In this document: positions 37,576 to 46,486 of the stretch, in pieces
Layout of the letters: every line of letters begins with the position of its first letter
Numbering within the stretch: the first letter of the stretch is position 1
From: an uncultured bacterium
Lineage (GTDB): Bacteria; Abyssobacteria; SURF-5
Length of the DNA: 64,000 nt
Assembly (NCBI GenBank): GCA_964607485.1
Contig: CAZSKP010000006.1
Span: 15,704 to 79,703 of the forward strand
Direction of reading: 5' to 3'
Position numbers and translations under genes: made by a program
The notes under the pieces: generated by a model
Seen by the model: only the letters and a program-made list of their open reading frames with translations
The model's database searches: none
What the model was told of the DNA's origin: nothing

Positions 37576-38439
37576 TTGGCACCCCAACACAACTTCGCTC
37601 AGGCAAAAAGGGTCCTGCTCACCGTCCTGGTGCTCAACTGGCTGGTATCAGCCGTCAAGATAGTGGTCGGCTATCTCATCAATTCCGTCAGCATGACCGC
37701 CGACGGGTTCCACTCCCTCCTCGACGGAGCCTCGAACATCATCGGACTGGTGGGGCTCACCATCGCCTCAAAAGATCGGGATGAGACCCACCCGTACGGC
37801 CACAAGAAGTACGAGACGTTCACGGCGGTGGGAATATCGCTGCTCTTGTTCGTCACGTGCTTCGAGGTCATCGAGCTTGCGGTGCGCCGCTGGCTGGAAC
37901 CGAAACAAATCCACGTGACTGCCTTCAGCTTCGGCGTGATGATAGTCACGATGTGCATCAACTTTCTCATCATGCGATACGAGAGCAGGAAAGGTCGCGA
38001 ACTGCTCAGCGACGTGCTCATCGCCGACTCGGCCCACACCAAGAGCGACATCTACGTTTCGGCCTCCGTTATCGCGACGCTCGTTCTGGCGAAGGTCGGT
38101 TATCCGCGATTCGACGTTATCGTTGCCATAGGCATTGCGCTCGCCATTGGACGCGTGGGCTTTCTGATAATGAAGCGAAGCTCCAGGGCGCTTGTCGATA
38201 CGATGGTGCTCGACAAATCGCGCATCGAGGAAATATGCGCGAGCATCGAGGGTATCGAAAAATGTCACAAGATACGCACGCGCGGCCGGGAGGACGACAT
38301 CAATATCGACCTTCATGTCGTCGTTGACGAGGACATGCCCGTGCACGACGCCCACGCCCTTTCACACGAACTCGAGCAACGCCTTAAACAGCAAATCCCC
38401 GGCGTCACCGATGTGCAAATCCACATAGAACCCTTCTGA
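37576..38439 (+). CDS. Cation diffusion facilitator (CDF) family metal efflux protein
   Basis: TTG start; six TM helices with signature S..ADGFHSLLD and H/D metal-site residues; C-terminal cytoplasmic domain. Confidence 0.75.
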   Translation: MAPQHNFAQAKRVLLTVLVLNWLVSAVKIVVGYLINSVSMTADGFHSLLDGASNIIGLVGLTIASKDRDETHPYGHKKYETFTAVGISLLLFVTCFEVIELAVRRWLEPKQIHVTAFSFGVMIVTMCINFLIMRYESRKGRELLSDVLIADSAHTKSDIYVSASVIATLVLAKVGYPRFDVIVAIGIALAIGRVGFLIMKRSSRALVDTMVLDKSRIEEICASIEGIEKCHKIRTRGREDDINIDLHVVVDEDMPVHDAHALSHELEQRLKQQIPGVTDVQIHIEPF

Positions 38440-38536
38440 CTTTTCCGCAGAACTTTTGCTTGACAGAACCTCGGCCTTCTTGATTTAATCTGCCTAGAAC
38501 ATCTGCCGCACCTACTAACCATCACAAGGACGCCGG

Positions 38537-40543
38537 ATGATGAATGATATGAGGGGGAGAAGCTCCTTCCTGAAAAAGCGCGGGGTGCAATTGGCGGCCA
38601 TCTGTTGGCTGTTGTTGGCACTCGTTATCGTCTTGAACCGGGAAGACATTTGGGACTTTGTCCGCCCTTACTCTCCATTTGGCAGAATAGAATATACGCC
38701 TCCACCCGCGTTGGGGGACGCGGGCCCCGGCGCCGGGTACCTTCGTCACCCTATCCGGGGAATTAAGTACGCACATCAGACGATGTTGGCGAAGCGACAG
38801 AGTGACAATGGCCCGATAAGGTTCACTATTGACGCCGAGAAAGGGGACGGTTTGGAGGTCGGGTTGGTCCGTCTCAGCGGACCGCGCCATAATTCCGGTG
38901 AATACGTTTTCAACGTTTACGAACTGCTGAAAGGAAAAAGGAAGAAGCTGCTCGAGACGTCGGGAGAATTTCCGGTGGATAAGTGGACGTTTTTTCGAAT
39001 CAACAATGGTTTGGCAGGGCGAAACGACGGCACCACTGAAATCCAATACACGATCAGACGCAAAGGATGGAAAGGGAAAATCGCGTCAATTTTTTCGAGG
39101 GGAAAAGAGGGCGACGGCCTCTATCAGAATTTCGCGTTCCTGAAGCCCAATCTATTAAACAAGAGGAAGCAGGGAGAGTTAAACGTCATCCTGATTTCAT
39201 TCGATACACTCCGCGCCGATCACCTGGGTTGTTACGGATATCCTCGCGACACGAGTCCCAACATCGATGACTTCGCCCGCAAGAGCGTTATGTTTTCGCA
39301 GGCGATAAGTCCGCAGCCGCAAACGATTCCCGCCCATCGCAGTTTGTTTACCGGGCTCTATCCAATGGCCCACGGGTACCAGGAGAAGGTGGGAGGGTGG
39401 GACGAGTTTATCGGAATATTCCGGCCCCTATACCCCCATGCGACGCTCGCCAGTGTCCTGAGGGACAACGGATATTACACGGCTGCGTTCACTGGCGGCG
39501 GAACCATATCCTCGGAGTTCGGGTTTGCAAGAGGCTTCAACGTTTACGAGGAGTTTTGTAGCTTCGAACGGATCGATGATCCCAAGTTAATGGGAATAAG
39601 TCGCGACAACGATACGAAAAAAATATTCGACAACGCCATTCAATGGCTGAAGGAGAATTCCGACCTGAAGTTCTTCATGTTTGTCCACACATTCGAGTGT
39701 CACTCTCCCTATGAAGGTACTTACTTTCTTTCCGACGACTCAGCGAGCAGCCTTATCGAACAGAGAAAGGCGCTCTATGACGGGGACATCAGAATCGCGG
39801 ATTCGCACTTCGGCAGACTCATGCAGGCAGTTGATTCGCTTAACCTCCTGTCGGACACGGTGATCTTGTTTGTGAGCGATCACGGCGACGACCTTTACGA
39901 TCACTATCGGGAGAGCGACTGGATTCCGCCCATTCCCAAAGATCTTATCATTCCCCAAGTAAACCGAATCGACCACGGTCATTCGCTATATGATGAACTC
40001 ATTCATGTTCCTCTAATCGTCTATATTCCCGGGATAGAGCCTCCGAAGCGCATCATCGGCAATCAGGTGCAGCTAACAGATGTGATGCCAACAATCCTTC
40101 AACTTCTCGGCATTGAATATGAAGGCCCTGTCAACGGAACGAGCATATTGGAACTCATGATGACGGGCAGAAGAAATGAAGATCCTCCGGCTTTAGGCGA
40201 GTGCGGCATCACCGGAGAAAACCGAAAATCGATTCGAAAGGACGGATACAAATACATCTGGACCAAGGACCCGGCACGCGTGCCGCCGAGCGGCGTAACT
40301 CTGAGAAATCTCCACGAACACGAGCTCTTCAACTTGAAGAGCGACCCCAAGGAAAAGATCAATATCTATGATGAAAACAAGGAACTGGGCGCGGAATATG
40401 ACAAAATTCTCAAGGAGCAGCTCGAGGCGACGGCGGCCCTCAAAAACAGGTTGCAGACAATGAATAAGCAGACCGACGAGGAATCAACCCGCTTGTCGGA
40501 GGACGTATATGACAGCGTTAAGGCTCTGGGATACCTGCAATGA
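38537..40543 (+). CDS. Membrane-anchored sulfatase-family (alkaline phosphatase superfamily) enzyme with a Thr-type nucleophile motif (LtaS/phosphotransferase-like)
   Basis: N-terminal TM helix; ILISFDTLRADHLG metal-binding start; TIPAHRSLFTGLYP stands where canonical sulfatases have C-T-P-S-R, so a formylglycine type is unlikely. Confidence 0.6.
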   Translation: MMNDMRGRSSFLKKRGVQLAAICWLLLALVIVLNREDIWDFVRPYSPFGRIEYTPPPALGDAGPGAGYLRHPIRGIKYAHQTMLAKRQSDNGPIRFTIDAEKGDGLEVGLVRLSGPRHNSGEYVFNVYELLKGKRKKLLETSGEFPVDKWTFFRINNGLAGRNDGTTEIQYTIRRKGWKGKIASIFSRGKEGDGLYQNFAFLKPNLLNKRKQGELNVILISFDTLRADHLGCYGYPRDTSPNIDDFARKSVMFSQAISPQPQTIPAHRSLFTGLYPMAHGYQEKVGGWDEFIGIFRPLYPHATLASVLRDNGYYTAAFTGGGTISSEFGFARGFNVYEEFCSFERIDDPKLMGISRDNDTKKIFDNAIQWLKENSDLKFFMFVHTFECHSPYEGTYFLSDDSASSLIEQRKALYDGDIRIADSHFGRLMQAVDSLNLLSDTVILFVSDHGDDLYDHYRESDWIPPIPKDLIIPQVNRIDHGHSLYDELIHVPLIVYIPGIEPPKRIIGNQVQLTDVMPTILQLLGIEYEGPVNGTSILELMMTGRRNEDPPALGECGITGENRKSIRKDGYKYIWTKDPARVPPSGVTLRNLHEHELFNLKSDPKEKINIYDENKELGAEYDKILKEQLEATAALKNRLQTMNKQTDEESTRLSEDVYDSVKALGYLQ

Positions 40544-40600
40544 TACGAAGCTGAGGTCAGGGAGACAGGCCCCATTTTCGCCGAGCCGCCGGCCAGTGCC

Positions 40601-41362
40601 TCACGCTGTCGAGCCGCCGTCGATGTTGACGATGGCGCCGGTGAGGTAGCTGGCGGCGTCGGACGCGAGGAATGTCGCAAGGCCGACGATTTCATCCGTC
40701 GTGGCGAGCCTGCCCAGCGGGATGTCGCGTACGACCTCGGCGTGCATCTCGGGGCTGCTCCAGATCGCCTCGCTGAATTTCGTCTCGACCATGCCGGGTG
40801 AGATGGCGTTCACGCGTATGCCCACACCGGCAAGCTCCTTGGCGAGCACCTTGGTGAGCATATCGACGCCTGCCTTGCTCACGCTGTATGCCCCGAGCAG
40901 CGGCGCAGCCTTCTGTCCGGCCACCGACGATACGTTTATGATGACTCCGCTCCCCTGTCCCATCATGACCTGTCCCACGGCCTGTGCGAAGAGGAAGTAG
41001 CTCTTCAGGTTGGTGTTCATGATCTTGTCCCACCCATCCTCGCGTAGGTTCATGATGGGCGACATGATGCTGCGGGCGACGTTGTTCACGAGAATGTCTA
41101 TCCGACCGAACTTCTCGAGCGCGGCGGAGACGAACCGTTCGATGTCCTCTCTCTTGCCCACGTCGGCCGCTGTCGCAAGTGCGCGCCGGCCGAGCTGTTC
41201 TATCTCGACCGCAACGGGTTCCACGTTCTCCGCCTTTCGGCTGCAGATGGCCACATCTGCGCCGGCCTGGGCAAACCCGAGCGCAATTGCCTTCCCGATT
41301 CCTCTGCTGGCTCCCGCCACGAGCGCTATCTTGCCGGTCAACGCGAATCTATCAAGCGACAT
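40601..41362 (-). CDS. Short-chain dehydrogenase/reductase (SDR)
   Basis: Start refined to MSLDRF behind GGAAGGAGAGG; GASRGIG; NNV; YSVSKAG catalytic motif. Confidence 0.85.
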   Translation of the reverse strand: MSLDRFALTGKIALVAGASRGIGKAIALGFAQAGADVAICSRKAENVEPVAVEIEQLGRRALATAADVGKREDIERFVSAALEKFGRIDILVNNVARSIMSPIMNLREDGWDKIMNTNLKSYFLFAQAVGQVMMGQGSGVIINVSSVAGQKAAPLLGAYSVSKAGVDMLTKVLAKELAGVGIRVNAISPGMVETKFSEAIWSSPEMHAEVVRDIPLGRLATTDEIVGLATFLASDAASYLTGAIVNIDGGSTA

Positions 41363-41706
41363 CGGCGCCTCTCCTTCCATCGGTTGATTCCATTTTCCTC
41401 TGAAAACTGCCAAATGATACCATCGACGCTTCAGCTTGTCAAACGGTTTTGGAGGAAGGAATCCGCCCCCCTTTCTCTTTCTGGGTTAGGAGAAAAAAAG
41501 AAAGAAAGTAGAGGAGCGACCTCGTCTTGTTTGAGACGCCGGCCGGGGAATTCTTAGGAGGGAGAGTCCAATTCTGTACATTTTTTGTCGAAACGACAAC
41601 ATTTGTCGGTTTCGCCATATGTTGAAGCATTGCTTGGTATAAATAATGTTATATCAATTGCTTAAGCCAGAGTCGGCCGTGGTCGTATCCCCGCAAGCAC
41701 ACTATT

Positions 41707-41722
41707 TGGCACAGATAGTGCT
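41707..41722 (+). promoter_or_regulatory. Candidate sigma-54 (-24/-12) promoter TGGCAC-N5-GTGCT, about 240 nt upstream of the first pseudopilin gene
   Basis: Exact TGGCAC at -24 and a GC at -12 with the correct GG-N10-GC spacing, in an AT-rich intergenic region. Confidence 0.35.
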
Positions 41723-41963
41723 CGGTGCATGGAGAGAAATCTGGAAGAGTCTCTGGTAAGAGCCTGAGTTTTCGATAGTTTTGGTAGGATTCGTATATTC
41801 CGAGTAACCGAAGAGTCGGTCGGCGGACCGCGAATCCAATGTGTGTGTCTGCTAAGAAAAAGACAGTGGAATAGGGAAGGGGGGATGCGCGAGGCGATGC
41901 GCGGAGCAATTTCTGTTGTATTGTTCGTCTTCTGATTTCAGGAACTATAAGGGAGGGAAAAAG

Positions 41964-42653
41964 ATGCGTAAGAATGCAGGATTCACACTGATCGAGGTTA
42001 TTGTAGCGGTGGGCATAGTGGCGATTCTTTCCGCCGCCGTGGCCGTCAGCGTGGTCAAGTATCTCAACGACGGCAGAATCGCGCGCGCCGCGAGCGACTC
42101 GCAGACCATCGGCACGGCCGTCATGGCCTTTATGAAGGACACAGGGAAGTGGCCGGTCAGCAATGACGGCAACATCAACGACGCGGGCGAAGTCAGCCGT
42201 CTCGTCGGCCTGGCAAGGGGCGACGTGGGCAATGCTGCAATGATACCCGACGGCGCCGGCACCGCCGTGGGCGACGGCAACTGGGACGGCGGCGGCTCCG
42301 GCGGAACCGCGGCTGCCATGGAAGACATGCTGATCCTCAACCAGGATGCCGACACGGTTCCGCTCTATGCCGTGAGCCAAACCGCTCCGGTCAGACAGGG
42401 CTGGAACGGTCCGTACATTGACAGCATTCCTCTGGATCCGTGGGGGAACCCCTACGTGTGCAACATCCGGTATGCTCCGGGCGGCAGTGTCGGTGGCGTG
42501 ACTCCCGCCGAAGAGGCGACACATGCGGTGTTTGTGTTGTCAGCCGGTCCGAACGCTCTGTTCGAGACCTCCTTCGACGATGCCACCGCGCTGGGTAATG
42601 CCGGAGTCGGCGGAGACGACATCGGTTTTCTGGTTGCGGGCGCCACGCAGTAA
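41964..42653 (+). CDS. gspG: Type II secretion major pseudopilin (GspG family)
   Basis: Start refined to MRKNAGFTLIEVIVA (prepilin cleavage motif G|FTLIE; GGGAGGG RBS); GWNGPY and DPWGNPY GspG motifs. Confidence 0.8.
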   Translation: MRKNAGFTLIEVIVAVGIVAILSAAVAVSVVKYLNDGRIARAASDSQTIGTAVMAFMKDTGKWPVSNDGNINDAGEVSRLVGLARGDVGNAAMIPDGAGTAVGDGNWDGGGSGGTAAAMEDMLILNQDADTVPLYAVSQTAPVRQGWNGPYIDSIPLDPWGNPYVCNIRYAPGGSVGGVTPAEEATHAVFVLSAGPNALFETSFDDATALGNAGVGGDDIGFLVAGATQ

Positions 42654-42675
42654 GCGTCGAACGAAGGTATCCGAA

Positions 42676-43290
42676 TTGAGAGAATCTCGCGGGTTCACGA
42701 TCATCGAGGCAATTGTCGCTCTGGCTATCGTAGCGATCTTGTCGGGAGTAGTCACGGTTGCGGTCTTGAACTATTTGAATTCCGGCAAGATCGCGCGAGC
42801 GCAGAGTGATTGCGCCACGATAGCCAAGGCCATCCTCCAGTTTCGGGCTGATTGCGCATTCTGGCCGACGAGGACGAACGCCGCGGCGGCCGAAAATGTC
42901 GACTGCCTCATAACCGGAGGTCCGGGGACCGTGCCGCCGGGCGACGACTCGGTGGCTCCGGGTGCAAGCAACTGGGGAAGCTTCGGAGTCGTCGATACGA
43001 TCTCCGACCAGTTGATTACGAATGCTCCCGTCTATTCGACTACTGTGAATCCCCGGCTTCAGCCCGGATGGAACGGCCCGTACCTGAACGCCGATGTCCT
43101 GGACCCATGGGGAAACTCCTATATGGTCAACATCCGGTACCTGAGGTCTAACGGGCCGGCCAACAGCGCGGCGCACAACGTGTTTGTGCTGTCCGCGGGA
43201 GCCAACGGAATCACTGAAACCGCGTATAACGACGGTGTCGTCGGGGAGGTCATTACGCTCGGAGACGACATAGGCTATCAGGTGCGATGA
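42676..43290 (+). CDS. GspG-like pseudopilin, second paralog
   Basis: TTG start gives MRESRGFTIIEAIVA; PGWNGPY and DPWGNSY motifs. Confidence 0.7.
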   Translation: MRESRGFTIIEAIVALAIVAILSGVVTVAVLNYLNSGKIARAQSDCATIAKAILQFRADCAFWPTRTNAAAAENVDCLITGGPGTVPPGDDSVAPGASNWGSFGVVDTISDQLITNAPVYSTTVNPRLQPGWNGPYLNADVLDPWGNSYMVNIRYLRSNGPANSAAHNVFVLSAGANGITETAYNDGVVGEVITLGDDIGYQVR

Positions 43291-43354
43291 ATGGGGGAGC
43301 ATTAACTTCTGATTTCTCCCGTTCGTGTCGCTATAGCGGAAAGACAGACTGAAG

Positions 43355-45064
43355 ATGCGTGTCAAGAAGCAAATCGGCCAACTGTTGTTGGAACGACAGA
43401 TTCTCACCCAGAGCCAGCTCGACCTGGCACTGAACGAGCAGAAACGCACGGGCGAGAAGCTGGGCAAGGTGCTGCACAATCTTGGTTTCATCACCGAAGA
43501 CCTGCTCTCCTCCGTGCTTGCGTTTCAGTCGGGCGCGGAACAGGTCGACCTCTCGCAGATCGAGCCCGAGCCTCGTTTGCTGACCCTCATTCCGAAGGAA
43601 CTCGTCAAGGCGGAGCTGGTTTTCCCCATATCCCTTAAGGGAAGGCTCCTGACGCTCGCCATGGCGAATCCTTTCGACATCATGACGATAGACCATGTGG
43701 AGCAGAACACAGGCTTCAAGGTCAGGAGCGTGTGCGCCACCGAGAGCGACATCATCAGGGCCATCGACGCGTATTACGAAGACAGCGCCAACATTGAACG
43801 CATAATTGAGGATTGCATAAAAGAGGCCGAAGATTTCACCCAGAATCTCAAAAGGGGGGAGAGCGATAATTCGGCGATAATCCGATTGGTCAACCACATT
43901 TTCATGAAGGCCGTTGCGGAAGGGGCGACGGACATTCACATCGAGCCCGAAGAGAACGTCGTCAGGATGCGTTTTCGTATTGACGGCGTGCTGCAGCAGG
44001 GCGCGGCCCTTCCGAAGGTGCTTCAGATGCCAGTCGTCACTCGCATAAAAATCATGTCCAACCTCAATATAGCGGAAAGCCGCCTGCCCCAGGACGGCAG
44101 GTACCTGTTTGAAATAGGAAAGAAGAGGGTCGATTGCAGGATTTCCACGCTTCCCACCACCTACGGCGAGAACGTCGTTATCAGGGTTCTCGACAAATCG
44201 AAAATAACGCTGAATCTTAAAGAGCTTGGATTGTTGGACGAAAAGATGAAGCTTCTGAGTTCATCCTTTTTGAAACCATACGGAATGATACTCGTGACGG
44301 GCCCGACCGGCTCGGGGAAAACCACCACCCTCTACGCCACGCTCTCGAAGATGAATTCCCTCGAGAAAAACATCCTCACGCTGGAGGACCCGGTGGAATA
44401 CGACCTCCCCGTCATCCGGCAGACTCAGGTGAATCGGAAGGCCGGGTTGACCTTCGCCACCTGTCTCCGATCCGTCCTGAGACAGGACCCCGATGTGATT
44501 CTCATCGGCGAGACGCGCGACGCGGAAACCGCCGAGCTGTCGGTTCACGCCGCGCTCACGGGACACCTCGTGTTCTCGACCCTCCACACGAACAACGCCT
44601 CCGGCGCCATTCCGAGGTTGATTGAGATGGGAGTGAAACCCTATCTCTTGGCCTCGGCGCTGCTCTGCATTGTGGCCCAACGGCTGGTACGAAAAATCTG
44701 TCCCCACTGTAGGGTCGCCGACCATGAATATGACGAACAGCTCTCGAAACTGGGCATAACCGACCACGCCGGAACCCAGTTTTTCAAAGGACAGGGATGT
44801 GAGAATTGCTACCAAACAGGCTACAGAGGCCGAACGGGAGTGTTTGAGATACTGACCGTGAACGAAGAGGTCAGGCGCTTGATATTGCTTCAATCGGACA
44901 GCGAGACGATTCTGAAGGCGGCCAGGGCGAACGGAATGGCGACGATGCTGGAAGACGGAATCGACAAGGCCGCAGCCGGTTTGACCTCGTTGGCGGAAAT
45001 AGTCCGGGTGTGTCCGACGGATGCGACGTATCTCGTGGACGATCTTGTCATGGAGAAGGCATGA
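43355..45064 (+). CDS. gspE: Type II secretion/type IV pilus assembly ATPase (GspE/PilB family) with N-terminal GspII domains
   Basis: Walker [14 protein letters not shown]; Asp/His boxes; C-terminal tetracysteine CPHC...CENC. Confidence 0.9.
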   Translation: MRVKKQIGQLLLERQILTQSQLDLALNEQKRTGEKLGKVLHNLGFITEDLLSSVLAFQSGAEQVDLSQIEPEPRLLTLIPKELVKAELVFPISLKGRLLTLAMANPFDIMTIDHVEQNTGFKVRSVCATESDIIRAIDAYYEDSANIERIIEDCIKEAEDFTQNLKRGESDNSAIIRLVNHIFMKAVAEGATDIHIEPEENVVRMRFRIDGVLQQGAALPKVLQMPVVTRIKIMSNLNIAESRLPQDGRYLFEIGKKRVDCRISTLPTTYGENVVIRVLDKSKITLNLKELGLLDEKMKLLSSSFLKPYGMILVTGPTGSGKTTTLYATLSKMNSLEKNILTLEDPVEYDLPVIRQTQVNRKAGLTFATCLRSVLRQDPDVILIGETRDAETAELSVHAALTGHLVFSTLHTNNASGAIPRLIEMGVKPYLLASALLCIVAQRLVRKICPHCRVADHEYDEQLSKLGITDHAGTQFFKGQGCENCYQTGYRGRTGVFEILTVNEEVRRLILLQSDSETILKAARANGMATMLEDGIDKAAAGLTSLAEIVRVCPTDATYLVDDLVMEKA

Positions 45065-45090
45065 CCTCCTCCTGCTCGGAGGAGCTGACA

Positions 45091-45238
45091 TTCGTCATTC
45101 TGAGCGTAGCGAAGAATCTCAAAGAATGCGGCAATTTCAGGCCAGGTATGAGATCCTTCACTTCGTTCAGGATGACGAGAATATGATGATGACGAGAATA
45201 TGATGATGACGAGAATATGATGACGACGAGAATGTGAT
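45091..45238. repeat. Palindromic repeat copy (GTCATTCTGAGCGTAGCGAAGAATCTC ... GAGATCCTTCACTTCGTTCAGGATGAC) followed by four tandem 17-nt units (GATGACGAGAATATGAT)
   Basis: Direct reading; located between gspE and gspF inside the secretion operon. Confidence 0.75.
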
Positions 45239-45273
45239 GCGTAGCAACATTGTGAGGAGATATTCGATTTCCG

Positions 45274-46476
45274 ATGCCTAAGTATGGATACAAGGCGGTG
45301 AGCGCCGAAGGAGCGAACGTGAGCGGCACGATGTATGCCGCGAACGCGCAGGAACTCGAGCGCATGCTCGATTCGCTCGACGTCTATCTCATATCCGCCA
45401 AGCAGAAAGGCGACGCTCCCACGTTTCTCCTCGGGCGGCGCGTTTCCCGCAAGGAATTGATAGCGTTCTCGATTCATCTCAGCACGTTGATAAGCGCCGG
45501 TGTGCCCCTGCTGGCCGGCCTGGAGGAGCTTGAAAAGGAAGCTGGAAGCAGGGCGTTCAAGAATACCGTGGCGGATGTCCGAAGAAACATCGAGACGGGG
45601 AGCACGCTGGCCGACTCGCTCTCGATGCATCCCGAGGCGTTTTCCCAGTTGTACGTGAGCGTTGTGAGGGCCGGCGAATCGACGGGAAAGCTCGACGACA
45701 CCCTGAACGATTTGCTCACGTTCCTCGAGTGGCAGGAGGAGCTGTCGAGGGATGTGAAGCAGGCGGTCATTTACCCGTGCATGGTGCTGGCGGCGGTCAT
45801 CGGGCTCATAGCTCTTCTGCTCGGGTTTGTCTTTCCGAAGTTCATATCGATCTTTGAGCAGTTCGATTTCGCGCTGCCGCTTCCGACGAGAATGCTGATG
45901 TTCATGAGCAGATTCTTTGTCAGCTACTGGATATGGCTGCTCGTGGGCATTTTCCTTGTCATCGGCGCGTTCAATCTCATGAAAAACCGGGAGGCCGTCC
46001 GAGAGATCATCGACAGGGCCAAGCTCGGCTTTCCCATTCTCGGGCCGCTGTTCCAGAAGATCGCTCTCTCGCGTTTCGCCCATCATCTGGGGGTGCTGTT
46101 CAAATCGGGAGTCAGCCTCACGCAGTCCCTCGAAATAGTCGAACGCGTGGTGGGAAACAGGGTGTTGGGCAGGGAGATAGCCATGGCCGGCGAACGGGTG
46201 GCAAACGGCGAGCCCCTCTCTCAGGCCCTTGAGGTGAGCAGACGTTTCCCCGGGCTGGTCATCAGGATGATCCGCGTGGGCGAACAGACGGGCGATCTCG
46301 ACCAAACGCTGGGCAAAGTGAACAAGTATTATGACCGCGAGGTACCCGCCACGGTCAGAAAAATTTTCACGGTATCCGAAGGCCTGCTCCTCGTGGTCCT
46401 GGGTGGAATAGTCTTGTTCGTGGGGCTGGCCATAATCCTGCCGCTCTATCAATTCCAAGGGGCGATTCTGCACTAG
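45274..46476 (+). CDS. gspF: Type II secretion inner-membrane platform protein (GspF/PilC family)
   Basis: 400 aa; duplicated GspF domain with three TM helices. Confidence 0.85.
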   Translation: MPKYGYKAVSAEGANVSGTMYAANAQELERMLDSLDVYLISAKQKGDAPTFLLGRRVSRKELIAFSIHLSTLISAGVPLLAGLEELEKEAGSRAFKNTVADVRRNIETGSTLADSLSMHPEAFSQLYVSVVRAGESTGKLDDTLNDLLTFLEWQEELSRDVKQAVIYPCMVLAAVIGLIALLLGFVFPKFISIFEQFDFALPLPTRMLMFMSRFFVSYWIWLLVGIFLVIGAFNLMKNREAVREIIDRAKLGFPILGPLFQKIALSRFAHHLGVLFKSGVSLTQSLEIVERVVGNRVLGREIAMAGERVANGEPLSQALEVSRRFPGLVIRMIRVGEQTGDLDQTLGKVNKYYDREVPATVRKIFTVSEGLLLVVLGGIVLFVGLAIILPLYQFQGAILH

Positions 46477-46486
46477 GGAGACTGCA

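Noticed and set aside
38537-40543. Possibility that the sulfatase-family gene is a pseudogene because the CxPxR motif is missing
   Set aside because: The reading frame is intact over 668 codons and the substitution pattern (Thr nucleophile) matches a known functional subclass.
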